A DNA stretch of 63,323 bases, filler included, from an uncultured Acidimicrobiia bacterium (lineage in GTDB: Bacteria; Actinomycetota; Acidimicrobiia; Spongiisociales; JAOTWH01): NCBI GenBank assembly GCA_964347285.1. It is 3 parts of 3 records of this genome, joined end to end, with 100 filler letters (N's around TTAATTAATTAA, not from the genome) between each part and the next. Parts side by side here need not be neighbours in the genome. Positions count along the whole stretch, not along the records: positions 22,813 to 45,510 come from CAYFYE010000037.1; 2 more parts are not named here. One strand, 5' to 3'. Below, piece after piece: positions 26,979-39,351 of the stretch (position 1 is its first letter; the number at the start of each line of letters is the position of its first letter). The notes under the pieces are model-generated. The model was not told the DNA's origin and did no database searches. It was given only the letters and a program-made list of their open reading frames with translations. The translations under genes and the position numbers were made by a program.

Positions 26979-29126
26979 ATGGATCGCTGGCAGTCACATG
27001 CGGTTCAGAGCTGGCTGATCCGGATCCTGGCCGTCGTGATCCCGGTTGTTGCGGCGGTAGCCGCTGCGGTCGTGGTCGGCAACTCTTTGCCCGAACCCGA
27101 CGGACTGGTGGCGATGCTGGGGTGGTGGGCAGCCCTCATCGGCGCTTCGCTGGTGGTCCTGGCCCTGGCCCGCAAACTGGCCGGCCGCTTCCTCCCTCTC
27201 GCCGTCCTCCTTCAGCTCTCCCTGACGTTTCCCGATCGGTTCCTGGTCGACCAAGCGGCTGGCCCGCCGGGTGGCCGAGGCGAGAGAGAGGGGTTTCGAA
27301 GACGACGCCACGAAAGCGGCAGAGTCCCTCCTCACTCTGGTCGCCGCCCTGGGACGCCACGACTCTCGCACCAGAGGTCACGCCGAACGGACCCGTGCCT
27401 ACACGGAATTGCTGGCCGAGGAGCTGGGGCTCGACCAAGACGATCGGGAAAGGTTGCGTTGGGCAGCACTTCTCCACGACATCGGAAAACTGGCCGTCCC
27501 GGCCGAGATCCTCGGTAAACAAGCTCCTCTAGGCCACGACGACTGGAGCGACCTCGTCCACCACCCGGAACGCGGCTTCGAATTGATCAGGTCACTCCAC
27601 GATTTCCTCGGAGAGTGGGCCCAGACCGTCCTCCACCACCACGAGCGTTTCGACGGCTCCGGCTACCCGGCCGGACTGTCCGGTGAGGAGATCTGCCTCG
27701 GGGCCCGAATCGTGGCGGTGGCCGACGCCTTCGACGCCATGACCTCCATCCGCTCCTACCAACCGCCCCGGCCCGTCGCGGCCGCCCGCAAGGAGCTGGC
27801 CTATCGGGCCGGCAGTCAGTTCGACCCCGAGGTGGTACGTGCCTTTCTCAACGTGTCGATCGGAAGCCTGCGGTGGATCCTGGGGCCCATTTCGTTCATG
27901 GCCGCCTTGCCGTTCGTCGGCGGATTGCGGCGCCTCGGACAAACGGGTGGCCTGGTCGCCACCGCCGCGGCCGGCGTATTCGCTCTGACCATGGGTGGGA
28001 TCATCCAGGGCCCGATGACGGCCGACCGAGCGGCGGTGCTTGGAGAGGCCATCGGGACCCCGGCCATCCTCATCGACGTGGCCGCCGAGGGCGACGTCGA
28101 TCCGGCCTCGATATCGATCGTTACGCCACCGGCCGCGGGCATCGCCGTCGTCAACGGCGACGGCACCATCAGCTACCAGGCCCCGTCCGGATTCGCAGGC
28201 GTCGTATCCCTGAGGTACCGGGCCTGCTCTGACGACGGCATCTGTTTCACCGAGGAGCTGACGCTTCAGGTAGACGGGCTCGGCAAGCCACGGTTGGCGG
28301 CCGCCCCGGAGGGCGCCGTCACCCGCGCGCAAAAGAAGGCCCATCTCCGGCCGCTTCGGTACCTACCACCAGCCATCCGCCCACGACATCCACCACCGCA
28401 TCCTCCCCCACATCGACGAGCTCGACGACTACCACCGTGCCCCCGACCACCCCCACTGCGCCCACCACCACGGTCGCCGTCCCGCCGACCACGACCACCA
28501 CCGTCCCACCGACGACGACCACGACGACCACGACCACGACAACGCTGCCGCCCAACCAGCCGCCCGTCGTGGCCGACGACACGGCGTCAACACTCGAAGA
28601 CACTGCGGTGGTTGTGCCCGTTCTGACCAACGACTTCGACCAGAACCTCGATCCTTCGACGCTCACCGTATGGGACGATGCCAACTGGGGTAGCGCGGTG
28701 ATCAGCGGATCCGGAGTCGCCTATACGCCCGACCCGGACTTCAACGGGAGCGACTTTTTCAAGTACTCGGTGTGCGACACCGACGGCGTGTGCCGCAACG
28801 GGCGCGTCGACGTGACCGTGCATCCCGTCAACGACCCCCCGGTGGCCGACAACGATGAAGCCACCACCGATGCCGGAAACTCGGTGAACATTGCTGTCCT
28901 CGACAACGACTTCGACGCAGACGGCGACCCACTGGTGGTCGCGACGTTCGACGCCGCCTCGGCCCTGGGCGGCTCGGTCGATTGCACGGCCGGGGCCGGC
29001 ACGATATGCACCTATGACCCTCCCGCCGCCTGGGACGGCGCCCCGGACACTTTCACCTATCTTGCGAGCGACGGCAATGGGGGCGTTGCCACGGCGTTGG
29101 TGACGATCACCCAAAGCGGGGCCTAG
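26979..29126 (+). pseudogene. Membrane HD-GYP phosphodiesterase with extracellular Ig/cadherin-like repeats, split over three ORFs
   Basis: TM N-terminus (26979 frame); LLHDIGK and HHHERFDGSGYP (27271 frame); Thr-rich linker with NQPPVVADD, YTPDPDFNGSD and VNDPPVADND repeats (28437 frame). Confidence 0.75.
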
Positions 29127-29231
29127 GGAGCATCCGACCGATTGCCTCAGCGAGGCGACCGGGTGGCCCCGCCCGGAAAGCCGGGTATGGCACCGGGAGC
29201 ACGCCCACGGGTCCGTAGACTCACATCCCCG

Positions 29232-30137
29232 ATGGCCACCGAGTCCCGCGTCCTCGTTCTCCTGGCCCTGTTGGCCAACTCGCTCATCGCCGTCCTCAAG
29301 TTCGTGGCCGCAGGGATCTCGGGAAGCTCGGCGATGCTGGCCGAGGCCTTCCACTCGGTCGCCGACACCGGAAACCAGTTGTTCCTGCTGAGGGGCACTG
29401 CCGTCTCCCGTTATGCCGCCGATGCCCGCCACCCGTTTGGCCGCGGCAAGGAGGTCTTCTTCTGGAGCTTCATGGTGGCCGTCTTCCTATTCGTCGGTGG
29501 GGCCGTCGTCTCGATCCTCCACGGATGGGAGAGGCTGCTGCATCCCGAGGAACCAGAGAACCTGGTCCTCAACCTCGTGGTCCTCGGACTGGCCGCGTTG
29601 TTCGAATACGTCATTGCCTACCGTCCGGCGATGCGCGAATTCAATCGCACCCGGGGAGGACGGAGCATCCGCCGCAGCATCAGTGAGGGAAAGGATCCGG
29701 CGCTTCTGGTGGTGCTGTTCGAGGACACGGCGGCAATGGTCGGGGTCCTCATAGCAGCCACCGGGGTAGTGGCGGCTCACGTCACCGGCAATGGACGTTG
29801 GGATGCCGCAGCTTCGCTCGCCATTGGAGTGCTGCTGGCACTGACGGCCTGGGTGCTCGCTTTCGAAACCAAAGCGCTCTTGGTGGGCGAGGCGGCCAGT
29901 CGAGAGGACCGTTCGGCCATACGGGCGGCGGCGCTGGCGGTGCCCGAGGTCTCCAGCATCGGGCGCCTGCTCACGATGCAGATAGGAGCCGACAAGATCC
30001 TCGTCAACATGGAGGCCGACTTCGAGCGAGGCCTGACCACCGCCGAAGTCGAGGAGGCCGTGGACCGGATGGAGGCCGCCATCCGAGAGGCGGTGCCGGC
30101 CGCCCAATTCGTCTTCGTCGAGCGCCAGACGCTGTGA
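29232..30137 (+). CDS. Cation diffusion facilitator transporter
   Basis: SAMLAEAFHSVAD, HPFG and EDTAA motifs. Confidence 0.92.
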   Translation: MATESRVLVLLALLANSLIAVLKFVAAGISGSSAMLAEAFHSVADTGNQLFLLRGTAVSRYAADARHPFGRGKEVFFWSFMVAVFLFVGGAVVSILHGWERLLHPEEPENLVLNLVVLGLAALFEYVIAYRPAMREFNRTRGGRSIRRSISEGKDPALLVVLFEDTAAMVGVLIAATGVVAAHVTGNGRWDAAASLAIGVLLALTAWVLAFETKALLVGEAASREDRSAIRAAALAVPEVSSIGRLLTMQIGADKILVNMEADFERGLTTAEVEEAVDRMEAAIREAVPAAQFVFVERQTL

Positions 30138-30979
30138 TCGGACGCGCCTCGGCACCCGCTTCGTCCGCCAACCTCGGTCCCGGTTTTGACTGCCTGGCGC
30201 TGGCGCTCGAGTTGCGCTGCACGGTGACGCTCCAAACAGCCGATTCCTGGAAAGCGACCTCCAACGGCAAGGAGGTGGAAGAGAACGCCCTTCGCCTGAT
30301 TGCCGCTGCCGCCGAGCAAGCTGGAGCGGTTGGAGAATTCGACGTGTCCATCGCCACCGGCATCCCCATCGCACGGGGCCTGGGTTCGAGCGCCGCTCTG
30401 GTTGCGGCCGTAGCCGCCGCAGTCGCCCGCCATCAAGGCCGGAAACCCGAATCGGACCGCATCTTCGACATCACGGCCCATCTCGACGGACACCCCGACA
30501 ACGCCGCCGCAGCGGTCTTCGGCGGCCTGGTGGCGGTGGCCGACCGGCACGTCCGCCCTCTCCCCCTGGCTTCAACCCTCATGCCGGTGGTGGCCGTTCC
30601 GGCATACCGGCTGTCCACAGACGAGGCTCGGCGCGCCCTTCCGGCCCAGGTGACCCACTCCGCCGCGGCCCGCAACGTCGCCCGGGCCGTCTTCCTCGTC
30701 GAGGGGCTGCGCAGCGGCGATCCCGCTGCATTCGCGGCGGCGGCCGGAGATGAGCTCCACGAGCCCCACCGCAGCACCCTCTCCCCGATCACCGCCGACC
30801 TGATCGATGCGGCCCGCGGTGCCGGGGCATTACACGCATGCTGGAGTGGAGCGGGCCCCTCAGTGCTGGCGCTGACCGTGGCCGAAGCACGCCCTTCGGT
30901 CGTGTCCGCCCTATCGAGCGTGCTGGGCGACGCCGGACGGGTGGTGACCCCCGAGGTAGCGGCCTCCGGGCTCCTCTAG
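30134..30979 (+). CDS. thrB: Homoserine kinase
   Basis: PASSANLGPGFD, PIARGLGSSAA, GHPDNA and SGAGPS motifs. Confidence 0.95.
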   Translation: MIGRASAPASSANLGPGFDCLALALELRCTVTLQTADSWKATSNGKEVEENALRLIAAAAEQAGAVGEFDVSIATGIPIARGLGSSAALVAAVAAAVARHQGRKPESDRIFDITAHLDGHPDNAAAAVFGGLVAVADRHVRPLPLASTLMPVVAVPAYRLSTDEARRALPAQVTHSAAARNVARAVFLVEGLRSGDPAAFAAAAGDELHEPHRSTLSPITADLIDAARGAGALHACWSGAGPSVLALTVAEARPSVVSALSSVLGDAGRVVTPEVAASGLL

Positions 30980-31704
30980 CGGGCGGCCGCTTCGACCAAG
31001 GACTCGAAGAGGCGAAGGGCGTACACATCGCCCTTCTCGCTCAGGTACTCCGGATGCCATTGGACCGCGGCGAAGGGCCAGTCGTCGTCCTCGTGCTCGA
31101 GAGCTTCGACGACGCCGTCGTCTCCCCAGCCCACCGCTCGGAGGCCCGGGGCCAGATCGAGCACGGCCTGGTGGTGAATCGAGTTGACATCGAACCGGTG
31201 CTCGCCCAACAGTCTGGCGAGCCGGCTGTCCGTGTCGAGGGTCACGGTGATGCGTGTCTCGTACACCGCATCCCCAGACAGGAAGTGGTCGTGGGCCCCC
31301 GGAAGCTCACTGAGAATGTCGACGATCAGCGTGCCGCCGAGGGCGACGTTGGTCACCTGCATGCCGCGGCATATGGCCAAGGTGGGTAGCTTTCGCTGGC
31401 GGACTTCTCGTACGAGCGCGAACTCGAACGTGTCCCGGGCCGGCTCCAAACCGTAAAGCGTCTCGTGGTCCGCTGCGCCGTAGACATCGGGCACGATGTC
31501 GCCTCCGCCGCTGAAGATCACCCCATCGAGACGGGACGCAATCGAGGGGACCGCGGCCGGATCCTGAGTGGTCAGCAACATCGGGATTCCTCCGGCCCTT
31601 TCCACCGCCAGTGTGTAGGAGCGGTTCAGAGTGTGCGTCGGACTGGTTCCGGCCGAGCTCTGCACCTCGCGCTGGCGCGTTGTGATGCCGATAATGGGTC
31701 CCAC
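30976..31704 (-). CDS. Gamma-glutamyl-gamma-aminobutyrate hydrolase family (peptidase C26)
   Basis: SGGGD, AICRGMQ, NSIHHQA and VQWHPE motifs. Confidence 0.92.
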   Translation of the reverse strand: MGPIIGITTRQREVQSSAGTSPTHTLNRSYTLAVERAGGIPMLLTTQDPAAVPSIASRLDGVIFSGGGDIVPDVYGAADHETLYGLEPARDTFEFALVREVRQRKLPTLAICRGMQVTNVALGGTLIVDILSELPGAHDHFLSGDAVYETRITVTLDTDSRLARLLGEHRFDVNSIHHQAVLDLAPGLRAVGWGDDGVVEALEHEDDDWPFAAVQWHPEYLSEKGDVYALRLFESLVEAAAR

Positions 31705-31814
31705 CGCCGCTACCTTACTGTGGGCGTTTGCGGTCCGGCCCAGGAGCCACCAAGCTATGGCATCGTCGGCCCCCGCGCCGGCGCGGTCGGGCCTCCGTAG
31801 GACATGAGGTGAGC

Positions 31815-31907
31815 ATGGGTTCGCTCATCAAGAAGCGGCGCAAGAAGATGAGCAAGCACAAGTACCGCAAGCGTTTGCGCGCCAACCGCCACAAGCGGAA
31901 GACCTGA
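31815..31907 (+). CDS. 30S ribosomal protein bS22 (AURKAIP1/COX24 domain)
   Basis: MGSLIKKRRKKMSKHKYRKRLRANRHKRKT; SD GAGGTG; below the ORF-track size cut-off. Confidence 0.92.
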   Translation: MGSLIKKRRKKMSKHKYRKRLRANRHKRKT

Positions 31908-31989
31908 CCTGCGGCTTCCCCGAGCACGAGGGCCGGGAAGGGAATCTGCGACCCCACCGAAACCCGTACCCTGATCAGGAGTTGCCTCC

Positions 31990-33120
31990 ATGGACTCCCA
32001 GCGGCACCTATTCGAGCTCCCCGATGGAGTGGCCTATCTCAACGCGGCGTACCTGACGCCTCAGCTCCGATCGGTTACCGCCGCCGGGCAAGCTGCGGTG
32101 GGCCGCAAGGCACGACCGTGGAACGTCACGGCCGACGACTTCTTTACCGAAGGCGAGCAAATCCGGCGGCTCTTCGCCGAGTTGATCGGCGGCGATCCGG
32201 ACGGCGTGGCCATCATGCCGTCGGTTTCGTACGGGATCGGCATCGCCGCCGCCAACTGTCCGGTAGGCCGGGGAGACGCCATCGTCGTCCTTGCCGAACA
32301 GTTTCCATCCAACGTGTACCCGTGGCGAAGACTGGCCGAGGTCACGGGCGCCAGAATCGTCACCGTCCCCAGACCGGCGGACCTCGACTGGGCCGCGTCG
32401 GTGCTCGATGCCATCGATGAGCGGACCGCCGTGGTGGCCGTGCCCATCTGCCACTGGACCGACGGCAGCCTGGTCGACGTGGCCGCCGTTGGAGAAGCTG
32501 CCCGAGCCGTCGAAGCAGCCTTCGTCATCGACGCCACCCAATCTCTCGGACCCGTCCCCTTCGACGTGGCCTCCGTGGCACCCGACTTCCTGGTCGCCGT
32601 CGGATACAAATGGCTGCTCGGGCCCTACAGCTTCGGCTACCTGTATGCCTCACCCGAGCGCCGCATGGGGGTCCCGCTGGAGTTCAATTGGATCACCCGT
32701 TCCGGCAGCGAGGACTTCGCCCGTCTCGTCGACTATCGGAACGACTACCAACCGGGGGCCCGCCGGTACGACGTCGGGGAACGGAGCAACTTCGTACTCG
32801 CCCCTATGGCCATCGCCGCCCTCTCCCAGATCCTGGCGTGGGGCTCCAAAGCCATCGGCGACTACATTGAGGTGTTGACCGCCCGCGTGGAGCGACATGC
32901 GACCAGGATCGGCCTGGAACCGGTGCCGGCCCGTCGACGGGGGCCTCACCTGATCGGCGTCCGGATGCCCGCCGGCCTAGCGGCCGGCCTGGGAGAGGAG
33001 CTCGCCAGGGCCGACGTCCACGTCAGCCTGCGAAGCGACTCGATCCGCATCTCCCCCCATGTCTACAGCGTTCCCGAGGATGTCGATCGGCTCTTTGAAG
33101 TGGTAGCCGACCTCGTCTGA
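31990..33120 (+). CDS. Class V PLP-dependent aminotransferase-fold enzyme
   Basis: YLNAAY, DATQSLG, GYKWLLGP and IRISPHVY motifs. Confidence 0.9.
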   Translation: MDSQRHLFELPDGVAYLNAAYLTPQLRSVTAAGQAAVGRKARPWNVTADDFFTEGEQIRRLFAELIGGDPDGVAIMPSVSYGIGIAAANCPVGRGDAIVVLAEQFPSNVYPWRRLAEVTGARIVTVPRPADLDWAASVLDAIDERTAVVAVPICHWTDGSLVDVAAVGEAARAVEAAFVIDATQSLGPVPFDVASVAPDFLVAVGYKWLLGPYSFGYLYASPERRMGVPLEFNWITRSGSEDFARLVDYRNDYQPGARRYDVGERSNFVLAPMAIAALSQILAWGSKAIGDYIEVLTARVERHATRIGLEPVPARRRGPHLIGVRMPAGLAAGLGEELARADVHVSLRSDSIRISPHVYSVPEDVDRLFEVVADLV

Positions 33121-33125
33121 CCCGG

Positions 33126-33977
33126 CTACGGCTGGTTTCGCAGGAACTGCTCGATGTCGGCGATCAGTTGCTCCCCGGCCACCTCGACGCCTTCTCCAGC
33201 CGCCTCGGGGGCCTGCTCCTCGAGGCGCCGCACGTACTTGGACAGGTCGTCGGACGACTGCATCGCCTCGGCGACCTTTTCCTCGAACTCGGCGGCGACC
33301 TGCTCCAACTCGCCGGTGTCCACAGCAACATCGAGGATCTCGGCGGCCTTGTGGAGGAGCGCCAGCATCGCCTTGGGATTGGCATTGGCGGCCAAGTAGT
33401 GAGGAGTCGCCGCCCACAGCGACACGGCCGGTATGCCCGCTTCCCGACATGCCTCGAGGATCACGCTCAGGACCGCGGTGGGACCCTCGTAGCGGGAGGT
33501 GAGGAGGGCGTAGTCGGCCACGACCGCCGGGTCGGTGGCAACACCGATGATCGGTACCGGGACCGTATGAGCTACCTGGCCGACGAAGGCGCCCAGGGTG
33601 ACCACTTGCTCCACACCTACGTCCGTGAGCACCTGGATCACGTGCCGAGCGAAGGTCTTCCAGCGCAAGTTGGGCTCTTCTCCGAGCACGACCACCAAAT
33701 CGTGGGCTTCCTTGGGTTGCGGCACGGCGAAAACCCGGGTCACCGGCCAGGTCAGCGCGCGAGTCCCACCTTCATCCACCTCGACCAGGGGCCGACGAGC
33801 CTGGAAATCGAAGAACTCCTCCGGATCGATGATGGCAAAGGGCTCCAACTCATGCTGTCCCAGCACATACGCCAGGGCACCGGAAGCGGCATCGCAGGCA
33901 TCTCCCCAGCCTTCCATGGCCACAAGCGCTCTGGGCCGGCGGAGCTCCGGTTTGTCGAACCGGTGAATGGGATCCAC
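33126..33977 (-). CDS. PAC2 family (proteasome assembly chaperone-like) protein
   Basis: EGWGDA, IDPEEFFDFQARRP, EPNLRW, WAATPHYL motifs. Confidence 0.9.
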   Translation of the reverse strand: MDPIHRFDKPELRRPRALVAMEGWGDACDAASGALAYVLGQHELEPFAIIDPEEFFDFQARRPLVEVDEGGTRALTWPVTRVFAVPQPKEAHDLVVVLGEEPNLRWKTFARHVIQVLTDVGVEQVVTLGAFVGQVAHTVPVPIIGVATDPAVVADYALLTSRYEGPTAVLSVILEACREAGIPAVSLWAATPHYLAANANPKAMLALLHKAAEILDVAVDTGELEQVAAEFEEKVAEAMQSSDDLSKYVRRLEEQAPEAAGEGVEVAGEQLIADIEQFLRNQP

Positions 33978-34025
33978 GAGCCGAGGGTAGCGGTACCTCG
34001 TAGCCGCTCGCCGATCCAGGTGATG

Positions 34026-36194
<2,169 letters not shown>

Positions 36195-36205
36195 CCGTGT
36201 TGGGG

Positions 36206-36415
36206 TCAGTCGGCTACGACGTAGCCCTGCTCCTCGATGGCATCGATGATGGCCCGTCGTTCGACGTCATCGTCCCGGTAGTCGACGTCGACGCTCCGCC
36301 CCTCGATGTCCACCTCGACGCGCACCACACCGGGCAAAGCTCCCACCGCTCCCTCGATTGAAGACTTGCAGTGGTCGCAATGCACCTCGGGTACCGACAG
36401 CTTCTCTCTTCTCAT
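36206..36415 (-). CDS. copZ: Copper chaperone
   Basis: HMA domain with HCDHC, between csoR and copA. Confidence 0.92.
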   Translation of the reverse strand: MRREKLSVPEVHCDHCKSSIEGAVGALPGVVRVEVDIEGRSVDVDYRDDDVERRAIIDAIEEQGYVVAD

Positions 36416-36705
36416 CGTGCTCCTTTGGCCGGCCCGGTCACCGCCGGCGTGTACTTCAAGGTCTCCAAAAGCTCATCGACGATCTGTTCGGACCTTCCCG
36501 CCGCGACTCCTTCGAGAACACACGTCTCGACGTGGTTCTGGAGGAGGATCCGATTCACCTTCTCGAGTGAACCCTGAACCGCCGACACCTGTTTCATGAT
36601 GTCGGGGCAGTAGCGCTCCTCCTCGACCATGTCGATCACGCCGTCGAGGTGCCCGCGCACCGTCTTCAGGCGATTGAGAGCCGACCGCTTGTGACCCTGT
36701 TTCAT
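36412..36705 (-). CDS. csoR: Copper-sensing repressor
   Basis: RLKTVRGHL, YCPDI and HVETC (Cys-His-Cys ligands); SD AGGAGGA. Confidence 0.92.
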   Translation of the reverse strand: MKQGHKRSALNRLKTVRGHLDGVIDMVEEERYCPDIMKQVSAVQGSLEKVNRILLQNHVETCVLEGVAAGRSEQIVDELLETLKYTPAVTGPAKGAR

Positions 36706-36732
36706 GCCGCTCCTCCTCGCGCCTGTCGGGTT

Positions 36733-36752
36733 CCCACCCCACCCGGGGTGGG
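36733..36752. promoter_or_regulatory. CsoR operator
   Basis: CCCACCCC-ACCC-GGGGTGGG, the C-tract/G-tract inverted repeat typical of actinobacterial CsoR sites, just upstream of csoR. Confidence 0.8.
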
Positions 36753-36770
36753 TGGTCCCGCCGACCGCCT

Positions 36771-36797
36771 CAACCGGACCCGGCCTCGCCGTATTCC
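36771..36797 (-). promoter_or_regulatory. SigR/SigH-type promoter for csoR-copZ-copA
   Basis: Minus strand GGAAT-N18-GTTG. Confidence 0.6.
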
Positions 36798-36846
36798 GCT
36801 GTGGTGGCACCGAGCAGAAGCAGCGCGGTGCCTAGCCTGGAGCATC

Positions 36847-37803
36847 GTGGACGTATTCGCAAACGTCGCCGAGGCGGTCGGAAACACCCCTCTAGTCAGG
36901 CTGGGGCGGATCCATCCGGCCGGAAACCTCGTAGCCAAGCTGGAATACCTCAACCCGGGAGGATCGGTCAAAGACCGCATCGGCCTCCCCATGATCGAGA
37001 GAGCAGAGGAACTCGATCTGCTCCACCCGGGGGGCACGATCGTCGAACCTACCAGTGGCAACACCGGCGTCGGCCTGGCCATGGCCGCTCGGCTGAAGGG
37101 CTATCGGCTCATCTGCGTGATGGCCGACAAACAATCGAAGGAGAAACAGGATCTCTTGCGTGCCTACGGCGCCGAGGTGGTCCTCTGTCCCAGCGACGTG
37201 CCGCCCGAGGATCCGCGCTCGTACTACTCAGTCGCCGAGCGATTGGCCCGGGACACCCCGGGGGCCTACCGGCCCGATCAGTACTCGAATCCGGCCAACG
37301 CCGAGGCTCACTACGCCACCACCGGTCCCGAGATCTGGAACCAGACGGACGGCGAGATCGCAGTCTTTGCCGCCGGGATCGGCACAGGCGGAACCATTTC
37401 GGGAGCGGGCCGCTATCTCAAGGAGATGAAGCCCTCGATAACGGTGGTCGGCATCGACCCCGAAGGCTCGATCTACACCGCTGAGGACGAAGAGGGGGTG
37501 CACCCTTATCTCACCGAAGGCGTCGGCGAGGACTTCTGGCCTGAAGCCTTCGACCGATCGGTGGTGGACCGTTACGAGACCGTATCCGACGCAGCCGCGT
37601 TCAAAATGACCAGACACTTGGCTGAAATGGAGGGACTGCTCGTCGGAGGCTCGTGCGGCATGGCCGTCGAGGGAGCACTCCGGGTGGCTCGGGAGCGGAC
37701 CGACGACCTCGTCGTCGTCCTGCTCCCCGACAGCGGACGCAACTATCTGAGCAAGATCTTCAACGACGAGTGGATGCGAGAGCAGGGATTCTTGGAGGAA
37801 TGA
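36847..37803 (+). CDS. Cysteine synthase / cystathionine beta-synthase family (no CBS domains)
   Basis: NPGGSVKDR, EPTSGNTG, GIGTGGT and LPDSGRNYLSK motifs. Confidence 0.92.
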   Translation: MDVFANVAEAVGNTPLVRLGRIHPAGNLVAKLEYLNPGGSVKDRIGLPMIERAEELDLLHPGGTIVEPTSGNTGVGLAMAARLKGYRLICVMADKQSKEKQDLLRAYGAEVVLCPSDVPPEDPRSYYSVAERLARDTPGAYRPDQYSNPANAEAHYATTGPEIWNQTDGEIAVFAAGIGTGGTISGAGRYLKEMKPSITVVGIDPEGSIYTAEDEEGVHPYLTEGVGEDFWPEAFDRSVVDRYETVSDAAAFKMTRHLAEMEGLLVGGSCGMAVEGALRVARERTDDLVVVLLPDSGRNYLSKIFNDEWMREQGFLEE

Positions 37804-37869
37804 CCTCGCTCGGCGCTGCGATCGGGTCCCAGGATGGGGGGTACACGCCGCCCTAGGCTGGCCGCCGCA

Positions 37870-38778
37870 ATGCTGGGCCAAACGCTACCGCCGCTCGTCG
37901 GGCTCGCTCTCCTCGCTGCGGCATGCGGCCGTTCGGCCGAGACGAGCACGACACCACTCGCCCCACCGACCACTGCCGCTCCGGCCGCGGACCAGCAGCA
38001 GACGACCGAGGGACCGACCACGACCGCTGCACCCATCGATACGGCGCCGCCGACGACCTCACTCCAGCTCCAGATCATTGGCCGAGAGCGCAACCAATTG
38101 ACTGCCGACGGAGACCTCTCCCCCGAAGCGATCGAGGTCATCGCCCCCTACATCGACGTCCTGGTGACGATCCCGCAACTCGAGGGCCTACCCGATGAAA
38201 CGATACAGGAGAGGATCAACGGTGAACTGGCCAACCACGTCGAGACGCTCGAGACAGGTTTCGTCGTGGACCAGGCCGATTATCTGGATCTCCTCGCCGA
38301 GCAAGCGGTGGATCCGGCCGCCCAGCCGCCCAGCTTCATAGCCATCACATACGACGTCCGCACCCTCAACCCCCGGGTCCTCAGTATTCGCTTCGACGAG
38401 ACTTTCTACAGCTCGGGCGCCGCCAACCCCCTGGCGGCCGTGGATACGTTCAACTTCGATCTCACCACCGGTCGGCCACTCGAGCTCTCAGACGTCTTTG
38501 GGGGCTCGGAGTTCGGATTCGCGCTGGACGCCCTGGCCCGTCAACACATCATCGACGAGCTGTACGACGGGGATGTCGAGGCGCTGGCGGCCTGGGTCTC
38601 CGATGATGAGCTGCTCATCTCCCCCCATTGGGCACTCGGGCCGGCGGCCTTCGAGATGAGCTTCGAGGAGCTGGAGATCGGGCCGGGCGTATTCGGGGCT
38701 CCGACGATATCGATCCCTTACCAAGAGATTGGGGTCTATGTGAACCCGGAAGGACCGATCGGGAGCTGGGGCGAGTGA
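37870..38778 (+). CDS. Lipoprotein with DUF3298/RsiV-like domain
   Basis: Lipobox LAAAC; Thr-rich linker; GAANP...FNFDLTTGRPLELSDVF pattern. Confidence 0.7.
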   Translation: MLGQTLPPLVGLALLAAACGRSAETSTTPLAPPTTAAPAADQQQTTEGPTTTAAPIDTAPPTTSLQLQIIGRERNQLTADGDLSPEAIEVIAPYIDVLVTIPQLEGLPDETIQERINGELANHVETLETGFVVDQADYLDLLAEQAVDPAAQPPSFIAITYDVRTLNPRVLSIRFDETFYSSGAANPLAAVDTFNFDLTTGRPLELSDVFGGSEFGFALDALARQHIIDELYDGDVEALAAWVSDDELLISPHWALGPAAFEMSFEELEIGPGVFGAPTISIPYQEIGVYVNPEGPIGSWGE

Positions 38779-38887
38779 GATGCCCGGATCCGCGGCGGGC
38801 CGCCCGGACCCTCGGAAGGACTGGGAGGTGGCGGTAGATCATGGTCCAGCGGGCCGGTCGGCTCGGGGGCAACGTCCTTGCCGAGCG

Positions 38888-39277
38888 TCAGTGGAGGGAC
38901 ACCGAGTCCGCTTCGATCGTCACCGACACCCGCTGCATTCCCGGCGTCCGCCACGGATAGACGTCCAGTCCCAGGTACTTGCCGGCCAGCCGATCGATCT
39001 GCTCATCAGCACCTTGATGGCTCATCCCTACGACCCGCCCTCGTAGGGAGGCCGCGACCAGAGGGTCGGCGGCGTCGTGGACGGCAATGGCCACCCGGCC
39101 GTCTCGCCGCAGGTTGTCGACCTTGGTCCTCCCCTCGGCGGTGTTGAAGGTGATCAAATCCCCATCCCGCTCGATCCAAATCGTCGAGCATTGAGGGGAT
39201 CCGTCGGGCATGAGCGTGGCCACGACGGCCATATTCGGGCCGTCGAGCAGGTCCTTCAGCGTCCGGGGCAGTTCCAC
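38888..39277 (-). CDS. PPOX class F420-dependent oxidoreductase
   Basis: ATLMPDGSPQ, GRTKVDNLRRDGRVA and LAGKYLG motifs. Confidence 0.9.
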   Translation of the reverse strand: MELPRTLKDLLDGPNMAVVATLMPDGSPQCSTIWIERDGDLITFNTAEGRTKVDNLRRDGRVAIAVHDAADPLVAASLRGRVVGMSHQGADEQIDRLAGKYLGLDVYPWRTPGMQRVSVTIEADSVSLH

Positions 39278-39351
39278 GTTCACCTCCGTCGGGCTCGGCG
39301 ACAGTAGCAAGGCCCGGGCGCCGAACCACCCTCGCTGCATACACTCCCGCA

